64,000 nucleotides of DNA from Candidatus Eiseniibacteriota bacterium (GTDB lineage: Bacteria; Eisenbacteria; RBG-16-71-46). The translations under genes and the position numbers were made by a program. Below the pieces are notes generated by a model. That model had not been told where the DNA came from, did no database searches, and was given only the letters and a program-made list of their open reading frames with translations. The stretch is from the NCBI GenBank assembly GCA_044223005.1, contig JBGAML010000009.1, positions 32,001-96,000 on the forward strand, given 5' to 3'. This document shows positions 1 to 10,810 of this stretch, one piece after another (positions within the stretch are counted from its first letter, which is position 1; every line of letters begins with the position of its first letter).

Positions 1-1374
1 ACCACCGGCACCATGATGGCGCTCGTGGGTTGCCCCGACGATTCGGGTGGCGTGATCCTCGTCTGGCAGCACGCGGGCGGTCCCGCGGCCAACCGCCTGC
101 TCGCGCAGCGCATCGATCGCAACGGCCAGCTGCGCTGGGGCGCCAACTTCCGGGTGTCCACGCCCAACGTGACGCAGACGCTGCCGCAGGTCGTTCCCGA
201 CGGCGCCGGCGGCGCGATCGTGCTGTGGGCGGACTGGTGGCAGGGGGCCACGGTCGCGAACGTGTACGGGCAGCGCATCGATCGCGACGGCGCTCGGCTC
301 TGGGGGACGAAGGGCGATTCGCTCATCGAGCGCGGCGAGATCCGGCGGATCTCGGCCGTGCCGCGCGCCGGTGGTGGCGTGTACTTCGCGTACTGGCGCT
401 CGAACGGCGTCATCAGCGCCGCGGGCATCGACGTGAACGGCGCTTCGCTCTGGGGCGCGGATTCGCTCACGACCGTCCCGATGGCGACGGCGCCGCCGCA
501 GTTCGCCGGCGCACCGACGAGCGATGGCGTGGTCTTCTGGGTCGGCGACGGCACCAAGCTCCTCGCGCGCAAGTTCACGGATGCGGGTGCCGCGTGGCCC
601 TCGTCGAAGTGGGTCGCGACGCACAGCGCGCACAAGAACGTGCCGCAGATCACGACCGATGGCGCGGGCGGAGCGATCGTCTCGTGGCGCGACGGCCGGA
701 CCGTGGGCCAGACGCAGATCTACGCCCAGCGGATGCGAAGCGACGGAACGCCGGCGTGGCTCGCCGACGGCGTGCAGGTGGGCAGCCCGATCAGCAACTC
801 CGGAGCGCACGCGCAGGCCGCCGATGGCATCGGCGGCGCCTGGTTCGCGACCAATGCGACGCCTGGCGCCTGGGTGCAGCACCTGGGCCCGAGCGGCTTC
901 GACCTGCTTCCCTCCAGCGGCGTGAACATCTCCTCCAGCGCGAGCCAGTTCGGCTACAACAACGGCTTCATCCTGCCCAACAAGGACGGCGCCCTCATCC
1001 TCGCCTCCGCCGGCTCGAACGTGACGTCGACGAGCAACGACATCCGGCTCAAGCGCTTCTTCGGCACGGGTTCGCTCTCGTCGGTCGGCGTCGAGACGTG
1101 GCCCGGGAGGCCCTCCGGACTCGCGATGGTCGCGGGACCGAATCCCGCGCGCACGAGCACGACGCTTCGCTTCACGCTCCCGCACGCGGGTCGCGCGACG
1201 CTGGAGGTGTTCGGACTTCGCGGCGAGCGCGTCGCGGTGCTGGCCGACGGCGTGCTCCCCGCGGGCGCGCACGCTCGGGCCTGCGATCTCGCGACGCTGC
1301 CCGCGGGCGTGTACCACGCCCGGCTCACGACGGACGCGGGCACCGTGGGAACGAGGATCGTGAACCTGAAGTGA
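1..1374 (+). CDS. Secreted repeat (beta-propeller-like) protein with C-terminal FlgD-Ig/T9SS-like sorting domain; 5' end outside window
   Basis: Frame is open from base 1. Repeated DGAGGAIVxW...YAQRxxxxG...WG units; C-terminus GPNPARTSTTLRFTLP...EVFGLRGERV...AGVYHARL. Confidence 0.75.
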   Translation, partial: TTGTMMALVGCPDDSGGVILVWQHAGGPAANRLLAQRIDRNGQLRWGANFRVSTPNVTQTLPQVVPDGAGGAIVLWADWWQGATVANVYGQRIDRDGARLWGTKGDSLIERGEIRRISAVPRAGGGVYFAYWRSNGVISAAGIDVNGASLWGADSLTTVPMATAPPQFAGAPTSDGVVFWVGDGTKLLARKFTDAGAAWPSSKWVATHSAHKNVPQITTDGAGGAIVSWRDGRTVGQTQIYAQRMRSDGTPAWLADGVQVGSPISNSGAHAQAADGIGGAWFATNATPGAWVQHLGPSGFDLLPSSGVNISSSASQFGYNNGFILPNKDGALILASAGSNVTSTSNDIRLKRFFGTGSLSSVGVETWPGRPSGLAMVAGPNPARTSTTLRFTLPHAGRATLEVFGLRGERVAVLADGVLPAGAHARACDLATLPAGVYHARLTTDAGTVGTRIVNLK

Positions 1375-1547
1375 CGGGGCGCGGGCGCCGGATGCATGCC
1401 CGCGCGCGACGCGCGTGCACGGGCGTCGTGTGCACCGACGAAGCGCGGTGCAGCCCGAGCGGCACCGGGCTGTCGCGGGCGGGGCCCGGCCGACGCGATC
1501 GCTGCCGAAGATCGCAGTGATCGGTTGGTCAGGCCACGACATCGCAC

Positions 1548-2111
1548 TCAGCGCACGCGGACGAACCTCCGTGTGCCGGCCACGCGTCCGTCCACGCGCA
1601 ACTGCGCGAAGTAGACGCCGGGCCCCAGAGGCGCATCGCCCGCGGGCGTGATCACGAGGCGGTGACGGCCCACCGGCAGGGAACGCGACGTGGGCGCCGA
1701 GACCGAGCGGCCCTGCAGGTCCAGCACCCGCAGCTCCACCCGACCCGCGCGCGGCAGGCCGACGTCGAACGCGATGCTGCCCTGCGAGGGATTCGGCGCC
1801 GGCGCGCCGAACTCGAGCGCCGCCGGCACCTCGCGCGGCAGCCCCGGGTCCACGGCCAGCACGGGCTGCGCGGCGACCGTCCAGTAGCCGTGCCCCGCGG
1901 CGAGCGCGGAGGCGCTGCTCGTGCCCACCGCGAGCTGGCCGAGCGTGCCGACGAGCTGGACACCCGCGGTGGTGGCGCTCGTGGCCCCGGCGCTCACGAC
2001 CGAGCGCGGAATCTGCTCGCCCGCGGCGCGGCTCGAAACGGGCGAGGCCAGTCCCACGAACGTGAGCGCGGCCAGGGAGAGGATCGCGATCGGCGTTGCG
2101 CGCGCGGTCAT
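1548..2111 (-). CDS. Small secreted protein (187 aa): SVVSAG...GTLGQ...GYW domain plus FlgD-Ig/T9SS-like CTD
   Basis: ATG at 2111 overlaps the upstream TGA (ATGA). Signal peptide MTARATPIAILSLAALTFVGLASPVSSRA; PNPSQG...DLQGR...GVYFAQL tail. Confidence 0.75.
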   Translation of the reverse strand: MTARATPIAILSLAALTFVGLASPVSSRAAGEQIPRSVVSAGATSATTAGVQLVGTLGQLAVGTSSASALAAGHGYWTVAAQPVLAVDPGLPREVPAALEFGAPAPNPSQGSIAFDVGLPRAGRVELRVLDLQGRSVSAPTSRSLPVGRHRLVITPAGDAPLGPGVYFAQLRVDGRVAGTRRFVRVR

Positions 2112-3106
2112 CGCGGTGAGTTCGCGATCGCCGGCGGCGTGACGCGCGGGCCGGTCGCGGCCTGTTCGATGCGCGGGGTCAGTTCGGCGGCGGCGTCGAT
2201 TCCCGAGGGAACGCCGGCCACCGCGCCGACGGTGGTGGAGTAGAACGTCGCGACCATGTTCAGGTTCGTGATGGTCGTGACGGTCGGACTGAACGCGCCG
2301 TAGCGCGCGGTGCAGAACGAGTAGCGGTGCGTACCGGCCGTCACGGGGAACGTGCGCACTGCGGCGAACGACCAGTCCCAGTAGCCGTTGTTGGGCGCGA
2401 ACTGGAAACCGATCCACTGGAAGTGCCCGGCGTCCGCATCCACGGTGAGTCCGGTGACTCCGGTGGTTTCGGAGAGCTGCAGCAGGCCGTACTGCGACGA
2501 ACCCGGGGTGACGAGCACCATGGTCAGGTAGCCGGTCGCATTCACGACCACGTAGCCGTCCGTCGGCGCGTTCACCACGACGCTCACGTCCCTCGCCACC
2601 TGGATCGGGTTCCCGAAGTTCGCGTTGCCGACCACGGTGTACGTGCCGGGGTAGTGCGCGGTGGCGATCGCCGGAGTGGGCGTGCGCGTGGCCATCGCGT
2701 AGGGCACCGACGAAAGCGCCGTGCGCGGGGTGAGTTCCTCCGATGCGCCGACCGTGATCCCCAGGTAGTACGGCTGGTCGAACGCGAGTGCGATCGGGGT
2801 CGAGGATCCGAGCAGGACCGAGAAGAGCCCCGACGCGACCGTGACCGCGGGCTGCGTCTCGGTCCAGAGCGGCGCGCCGCCGGTAGCCGCGTCGTAGAGG
2901 CTGAACGTGACCGCGTAGTCCCCGTCGGGCACGTGCGCGCCCGCGCCGTCGGTGAGCACGCCCTGGTAGCTCAGGGTGCCGGGTACGGAGGCTCGGGCGG
3001 TCGTGGTGAGGAGGGACGCCGAAGCGCACAGGAGCGCGGCGAACAGCAGCCGCGCGGGGCCGGGCAACCGGAAGGAGTGCCGGGCGAACGGCGCGAAGGA
3101 CAGCAT
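2108..3106 (-). CDS. Secreted protein (332 aa) with N-terminal SYQGVLTD domain, of the type found in tail-fibre/adhesin-like proteins
   Basis: GAGGTG RBS before ATG 3106; signal peptide; VPGTLSYQGVLTD...FSLYDAATGG...WTETQ...GLFSVLLGS...PRTALSSVPYA motif. Confidence 0.7.
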   Translation of the reverse strand: MLSFAPFARHSFRLPGPARLLFAALLCASASLLTTTARASVPGTLSYQGVLTDGAGAHVPDGDYAVTFSLYDAATGGAPLWTETQPAVTVASGLFSVLLGSSTPIALAFDQPYYLGITVGASEELTPRTALSSVPYAMATRTPTPAIATAHYPGTYTVVGNANFGNPIQVARDVSVVVNAPTDGYVVVNATGYLTMVLVTPGSSQYGLLQLSETTGVTGLTVDADAGHFQWIGFQFAPNNGYWDWSFAAVRTFPVTAGTHRYSFCTARYGAFSPTVTTITNLNMVATFYSTTVGAVAGVPSGIDAAAELTPRIEQAATGPRVTPPAIANSPR

Positions 3107-3550
3107 GGAGCACCTCGGGTGTTGGAGGGAGCAGCCGCCGGTGGTACCCGAGAGCAGACGGGGTCCGGGCAACCACGATCGGAGCAGCACCGACCGAAGC
3201 GCAGGAAACAAGCGTACAGGGCGCTTCGGGCCGCCCCTAGGGGTTTGTGCCGGGAGGGCGGCAGGCGGACGCGTCGTGCGACAGGGGCGGGCGGGCGAGA
3301 CGGAAAGGCATTGGCGCGAGAGCATGTGCACCGCCTGCGTCGATCAGGTGTGGCGATTCACGGCGCGCGGCGCTCGCGCTTGCGCGTGTGGTCCGCGAGT
3401 GGAAACTCGTGGACCGAGACAAGCCGTAAGGAGTTCACTGAGTCTGCAATACCATCGCGCGGGCCAGTCAGCCCCGTCCATGCACATGGGCCGCACGTGA
3501 GACACCGGGGGCCCTTACGCGCGCGCTCTCTTCCAGCATGGGAGGAATGA

Positions 3551-4225
3551 ATGGCACACGATTCGCAGTTCACGAACGAGCCGTTCGGGCGATTTCAATT
3601 CACGGAAGCCTGCGCGATGGCCCGATTCGTCGTAGACGTGATCATTCGGCTCATTTCGGTACTCATTCCCCTCGCGCTTGGCCTCACCACCGCCGGGCTG
3701 CTCTCGCACCGACCGGAGCCGCACCTCGCCAGCGCAGGAGTCGCGGTCCTGCTCGGGTTGATCATCTGGCGGACGTATCGCCTGGTGAACGGATTTCTGT
3801 TCAGCGTGCTCGCGGCCGAAACCCGATATTCCCCCGACCCGGAGTTCGGGCCCTTTCACCTCTTCGTGCGGACGACGCTTTCGCGTTCGTTCCGAGAAGC
3901 GCTCGATCAGACGATCTCGACCCTGGACCCCGAGCTTCGCCGCAAGCGATTCGACGCCCTCGGGCCTGCACATCTCGGTACGCCACCGTGGCTCATCTAC
4001 GGCGGGCTCGCGTTCTACGCTGGCGTCAGCATTTGGCTGGCATTCCTGGGCCCGGACGGCTTCCTCTCGGGGCGGAATCCAACGCCCCCGACGACGCCCG
4101 CCCCCACGTCCGCTTGTGCACCGCGAGTCCCAGGGCCGGCCGATACGTCAGTGGGGACGAGCGGGGTGCCTCGAGAAACGGATCGTTCGGCGAAAACTCG
4201 CACGACCCGCACGTCTGCGCGGTGA
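3551..4225 (+). CDS. Hypothetical membrane protein (224 aa), lower GC than neighbours
   Basis: GGAGGA RBS at 3541-3546; three hydrophobic segments; atypical codon usage. Confidence 0.45.
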   Translation: MAHDSQFTNEPFGRFQFTEACAMARFVVDVIIRLISVLIPLALGLTTAGLLSHRPEPHLASAGVAVLLGLIIWRTYRLVNGFLFSVLAAETRYSPDPEFGPFHLFVRTTLSRSFREALDQTISTLDPELRRKRFDALGPAHLGTPPWLIYGGLAFYAGVSIWLAFLGPDGFLSGRNPTPPTTPAPTSACAPRVPGPADTSVGTSGVPRETDRSAKTRTTRTSAR

Positions 4226-4345
4226 GGTTCAGCCAACGTGGGCGTGCGGGTTGCGATGAGGCCCTCGGATCGCTTCTCACGAACTAGGCGTAGGGAGCAG
4301 GACCTCCCGACTTCTGCTCACGGCCTGCTTGACGCCCACGCACGA

Positions 4346-4374
4346 AGGCCCCCGCGGTCTCGCCGCGGGGGCCT
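4346..4374. terminator. Hairpin between convergent genes (likely terminator for hppA)
   Basis: aggcccccgcgg-tctcg-ccgcgggggcct, 12-bp stem. Confidence 0.6.
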
Positions 4375-4401
4375 CTGCGTTTCTGCCTGTCGAGCGGAAA
4401 G

Positions 4402-6798
<2,397 letters not shown>

Positions 6799-6993
6799 CG
6801 GGTGCTCCTCGAATGGGTATGCGACCGGCGGGAATGCCGGAGGGACCCGACGACACGGGCGACCGCGAGGATGCAGACGGGGAAGCGGCCCGGACGGCGG
6901 GAAGATGGCGTGAACTCCGAAGGCACCACAGCCTCCGGAGGGCGCGCAAGGATAGCCGAAGTGTCAGGAATGAAACAAGCCCGGAGAGCATGA

Positions 6994-7029
6994 AAACGGC
7001 CCCGCGAGGAACGCCTCGCGGGGCCGTTT
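6994..7029 (-). terminator. Rho-independent terminator after cohesin gene
   Basis: aaacggccccgcgagg-aacg-cctcgcggggccgttt, 16-bp stem with T runs on both strands. Confidence 0.7.
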
Positions 7030-7048
7030 CCGGGGCCGTTCGCGGCGG

Positions 7049-7837
7049 CTAGTCGAGCACCACGAAACGCGCGATCCGCGCCTCGGCGCCGCTCTGGGCG
7101 CGGGCGAAGTAGACGCCGCTCGGCGCGCGGCCGCCGGCCTCGGTGCGCAGGTCCCACGCGAGCTCGCGCGTGCCGGGCTTGGCGCCCGCCTCCAGCGTAC
7201 GCACCCGGCGGCCGTCGAGCGCATAGATCGCCACGCGCGCCGGCGCCCCGCCGGCGGGCAGCGCGAGCCGGAAGCGCGCCTCGTGCCGCGCCGGGCTCTC
7301 GCCCGCGAGCGCGAACGCCAGCGCGTTCGCCGCGGCGGGCGAGACGTCGGCGGGCGGCTGCGTCACGGTGATCGAGCCGTTGGTCACCGCCACGGTCGGC
7401 GTGCCGTCGTTGAAGATGAGGTGGTGGAAGGTGAGCGGCATGACCGTGCCCCACGCGGCCTTGGGCGCGATCACGACTTTCACCGTATTGAGCAGCGTCG
7501 AGCTGGACGAGATCGCGTCGGGGCCCGTGGTGGCCGCGGCGAGGAACGAGCTCGTGCCGCTGACGAACGGGGGCCCCCAGAACTGCAGGAACCCGTCCGC
7601 CTGCGAGCTCGAGTAGGCGACGACGGCCGGGTTGAACGCCAGCCGCATGTCGATCGAGAGGATCCCGAGCCCCGCGGGCGCGGGGGAGACGGTGATCGGG
7701 ATCGTCACCTGCGTGCCGGGCGGGCCGCTCACGTTGGGCAGCGTGACGTTGAGGTCGGCGGCGGCGCACACGAGCGGTGCGGCGAGGCCGAACGCGAGCC
7801 AGGCGGCGGCACGGCGGAGCGGGAACGGACGAAGCAT
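7049..7837 (-). CDS. Secreted single cohesin-like domain plus FlgD-Ig/T9SS-like CTD (262 aa)
   Basis: Signal peptide; VTLPNVSGPPGTQVTIPITV...GILSIDMRLAFNPAV...LIFNDGTP cohesin-like pattern resembling the modules at 20819-22888; DGRRVR...WD...SGVYFAR tail. Confidence 0.7.
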   Translation of the reverse strand: MLRPFPLRRAAAWLAFGLAAPLVCAAADLNVTLPNVSGPPGTQVTIPITVSPAPAGLGILSIDMRLAFNPAVVAYSSSQADGFLQFWGPPFVSGTSSFLAAATTGPDAISSSSTLLNTVKVVIAPKAAWGTVMPLTFHHLIFNDGTPTVAVTNGSITVTQPPADVSPAAANALAFALAGESPARHEARFRLALPAGGAPARVAIYALDGRRVRTLEAGAKPGTRELAWDLRTEAGGRAPSGVYFARAQSGAEARIARFVVLD

Positions 7838-8043
7838 GGAACCCCCGGGGGCGGTTGGACGATGGACCCTGAAAGAGTAACGCATGGAGGGGGGCTTCCG
7901 GCACACGCGACTCCGCCGATTTCGGCCCCCGGCCGGGCGCGAGTTCGGTGCGGCGCGACGGGGCCCGCGGCCGGCGCGGGCCCAAGAACGCCGCGGGGGG
8001 CCGCCGTCGCCGGCAGCCCCCGCGGTGCGTCCCGATGCGGCGA

Positions 8044-9270
8044 TCAGCGGCGGCGCGTCTCGCGGACGGGCGCGAGCCCGCCCAGGAACGCGACGAACGC
8101 GAGCGCCAGCGCGAGCCACGCGATCGGCAGGGCCGGCCTCGTGCGCAGGTCGAGCATCACGACGTGCGCGGTCGAGGCGTTGGCGAGCTGCGGCAGCATC
8201 AGCCCGACGCGGCCGTTGTCGGCGTCGAACGCGGCCGCGGCGATGGGGCCGAAGCCCTTCGCCGTCGCGGCGAACGGGAGTTCGCCCGTGGCCGTCGCGA
8301 TCATGCCGGGCGAGACTTTCTCGATCCCGGCGGCCGTCTTCACCTCGAGGTCGGCGTACATGCGGATCGAGTCGGTCTGCTCGATCCGGAAGCCGACGAA
8401 CGTGACCGTCGCGCCGGGGGCCTCGAGCGATTCCTTCTTCTTCAGCCACTGGAGCTCGTGCGGATTCTGCCGGCGCAGCTGCATGGCGAGCGGCACCAGC
8501 ACGGGGCCCGAGAAGGGCCGCGCGTCCGCGATCGATTCCAGTTCCCGGCCCGGCACGCCCACGAGCTGGACCTGCATCGGCACGGTGTCGCGGCCCGCGG
8601 CCACGCGGACGTGCATCACCACGTGCGCGCTGTCGGCCTGCTCCACCTTCGCGAGCGCGAGGTGGTGCCCGAGCGTGTCGGCGGGCGTGTCCTCGGTGAT
8701 GCCGATGGCCGTCGCGCGCGGCCCCGTGAGCGCGAGCATCACGCACACGGCGAACGCGCCCATCGCGCACGCCTGCGCGAGCAGGGGCATCTGCCCCGGG
8801 CGGCGGCTGGCGCGGAACGCCAGCGTGATCGCGGTGCCGAGCACGAGCCCGCCGAGCGCGACGCCGGCGAGCGCCATGGGGGCGCGCACGCGCGTGAAGA
8901 ACGTGACCGCGCCGAGCAGGCCGGCGAGCGTGACGCCGGGCAGCAGCGCGCCGATCGCGCCCAGTGGCGCGAGCCGCAACGCGCTCCACGCCGGCAGCAG
9001 CGCGACGCAGGCCGCGACGGCGGCGATCAGCGCCGACAGGACGCGCGGATCCTCGCTCGAGCCGTCGCGATGCACGATCGCCGAGCGCAGGGGGAGGAGC
9101 GAGGGGAACGCGATCGACGCGAGCAGCACGCCGGCGCCCAGGATGAGGAACAGCGAACCGATGCGCCGGGGGCCGCGGCGGCTTTCGCCGGCACCCACCG
9201 CCAGGAAGATGGCGGCGAGCGCGAACAACGCCCAGGTGAGCGGGTCGATCCAGTCGAGTGTGGGTTTCAT
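8044..9270 (-). CDS. Polytopic membrane protein (408 aa) resembling the C-terminal half of cytochrome c synthetase CcmF
   Basis: GAGG RBS before ATG 9270; several TM helices, a large soluble beta-rich domain (LKKKES...VTFVGF), then RPALPIAWL plus a final TM like the CcmF KPxxxxIW end; no WxWD motif. Confidence 0.5.
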   Translation of the reverse strand: MKPTLDWIDPLTWALFALAAIFLAVGAGESRRGPRRIGSLFLILGAGVLLASIAFPSLLPLRSAIVHRDGSSEDPRVLSALIAAVAACVALLPAWSALRLAPLGAIGALLPGVTLAGLLGAVTFFTRVRAPMALAGVALGGLVLGTAITLAFRASRRPGQMPLLAQACAMGAFAVCVMLALTGPRATAIGITEDTPADTLGHHLALAKVEQADSAHVVMHVRVAAGRDTVPMQVQLVGVPGRELESIADARPFSGPVLVPLAMQLRRQNPHELQWLKKKESLEAPGATVTFVGFRIEQTDSIRMYADLEVKTAAGIEKVSPGMIATATGELPFAATAKGFGPIAAAAFDADNGRVGLMLPQLANASTAHVVMLDLRTRPALPIAWLALALAFVAFLGGLAPVRETRRR

Positions 9271-9566
9271 GGGTGACCTCCGCGGCCGGGAAGAGCCAGT
9301 TCCATGCCGTTGCAGCCGGTGAGCGATACGCCCCCGGGCGCGTTCCCGCAAGCTCGCTCGGGCCGCCGGGGCGGCTCGCTTCCTTCGCATTGGCCGTCAT
9401 TTCCGGCGCTCGGCCGCCGGGGTCAGAGGACCGTCAGTATGTCAGGAGAAGGTCGCCCATCCTGCCGCTCTGGCAGCATTCTCCATCGGGACGAATCTAT
9501 TTCGGCAATACGTCAAGTTGCGGTGGCGTCGCAACGGACTGGACCCCAAGGCGTTATCCAACCGGT

Positions 9567-9586
9567 TCTCCGTAGTACTACGGAGA
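9567..9586. promoter_or_regulatory. Perfect 20-bp palindrome (candidate operator)
   Basis: tctccgtagtactacggaga is its own reverse complement; extends to 9562-9591 with one mismatched pair. Confidence 0.6.
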
Positions 9587-9591
9587 TCCGG

Positions 9592-9608
9592 CTGGCACGC
9601 GGGTTGTA
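9592..9608 (+). promoter_or_regulatory. Sigma54-like -24/-12 promoter upstream of cytochrome cluster
   Basis: CTGGCACGCGGGTTGTA versus consensus YTGGCACG-N4-TTGCW (one mismatch at -12). Confidence 0.55.
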
Positions 9609-9680
9609 TTGTTCTTTCACGAACAACCCCGTGACAGTAGGCTCTCGTCACGGTTCGAGCAGCCGAATCGGGAGGCAACC

Positions 9681-10700
9681 ATGGCCCTTCAGCGCAGGAA
9701 TCCCGGAGTCGCGGCGACCCGCCGCCGCTTGCCGGTATTCGCGCTTTTCGGCTGCCTCCTCGCCGCGGTGACGCTCCCGGTCACGGTGCGCGGCTCCGCC
9801 GACACGACCTCGACGGCCGACGACGCCGTGCAGGTCGACTCGGCCCTGGTCCAGGACGTCGCCAACGGCGGGGGGCCGTTCGAGCAGCCCTGCGGCGTCA
9901 CATTCGACCGCGCGGCCAACGAGATCGTCGTCGCGAACACGGGCGCCGGCCGGATCGAGTTCTTCGGCAAGGACGGCCAGCCGCACGGGTTCTTCGTGCA
10001 CCGCGTCGTCGATTCGCTCGGCGTCGAGCGCGACGGCCTGCCGCGCCACGTCGTGATGGACGCGCACGGCCGCCTGCTCGTCGTGGACGCGTACGCGGCG
10101 TACATCGACGTGTGCGATTTCCGCGGCCAGAGCCTCGCGCGCATCGCGCTCCCGGCGCCCGACAACACGGCGCTCAACGGTTTCGGCCCCGGCCCCATCG
10201 CGGTCGCGCCCGACGGCCGGATCATCGTCGCCTCGCGCCACAAGACGGGGCCCATCCACGTGCTCGACGCCGATGGCAAGCCGCTCGCGCAGTGGGGCAC
10301 CGCCGGCACCGAGCCCGGGCAGCTGCGCGCCGTCTCGGGCGTCGCGGTCGCGCCGAACGGCGAGATCGTCGTCGTGTGCGTGCTGACCGAAATCGCCGTG
10401 CAGATCTTCGATGCGAACGGAAAGTACCTGCGGGGCTTTGGCCCGCATGACATCGGACCGGGGCGGTTCTCGGTCCCGAACGGCATCACCATCACGCCGG
10501 ATTCCCGCATCTGGGTCTCCGACATGATGCGGCACAACGTTCAGGTGTTCGATCCAACCGGGAAGCTGGTGGGGGTCGTGGGTGGTGCGGAAGGCCCCGG
10601 TGATCTGTTCTACCCGAGCGCCCTGGCGAGCGATGGCAGTGGGATGTTCGCCACTGTCGAGACGGGCGGGAATCTGTTGCGGTTGTTGTGGATTCGCTGA
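9681..10700 (+). CDS. Exported NHL-repeat beta-propeller protein (339 aa)
   Basis: GGAGG RBS before ATG 9681; N-terminal hydrophobic segment; FEQPCGV, FSVPNGITITPDSRIWVSD, VQVFDPTG, LFYPSALA NHL repeats. Confidence 0.85.
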   Translation: MALQRRNPGVAATRRRLPVFALFGCLLAAVTLPVTVRGSADTTSTADDAVQVDSALVQDVANGGGPFEQPCGVTFDRAANEIVVANTGAGRIEFFGKDGQPHGFFVHRVVDSLGVERDGLPRHVVMDAHGRLLVVDAYAAYIDVCDFRGQSLARIALPAPDNTALNGFGPGPIAVAPDGRIIVASRHKTGPIHVLDADGKPLAQWGTAGTEPGQLRAVSGVAVAPNGEIVVVCVLTEIAVQIFDANGKYLRGFGPHDIGPGRFSVPNGITITPDSRIWVSDMMRHNVQVFDPTGKLVGVVGGAEGPGDLFYPSALASDGSGMFATVETGGNLLRLLWIR

Positions 10701-10810
10701 CCGCCAGGACGTGGGCTGGACCCGAAGGAGGTGACATCTCTCGTCGTAGTACCAGAACCACCGAGTAGTTCTTCCACCGAATCCCTTCCAAACGATATTC
10801 GAGGTGAACC

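Noticed and set aside
6799..6990. Riboswitch (fluoride or Na+) in the hppA leader
   Set aside because: No convincing consensus motif recognised.
9271..10810. GEMM (cyclic dinucleotide) riboswitch upstream of the OmcS-like gene, as known in Geobacter
   Set aside because: No GGCAAA...GAAA...GACGCAAA-type pattern seen by eye in either intergenic region; an Rfam scan would be decisive.
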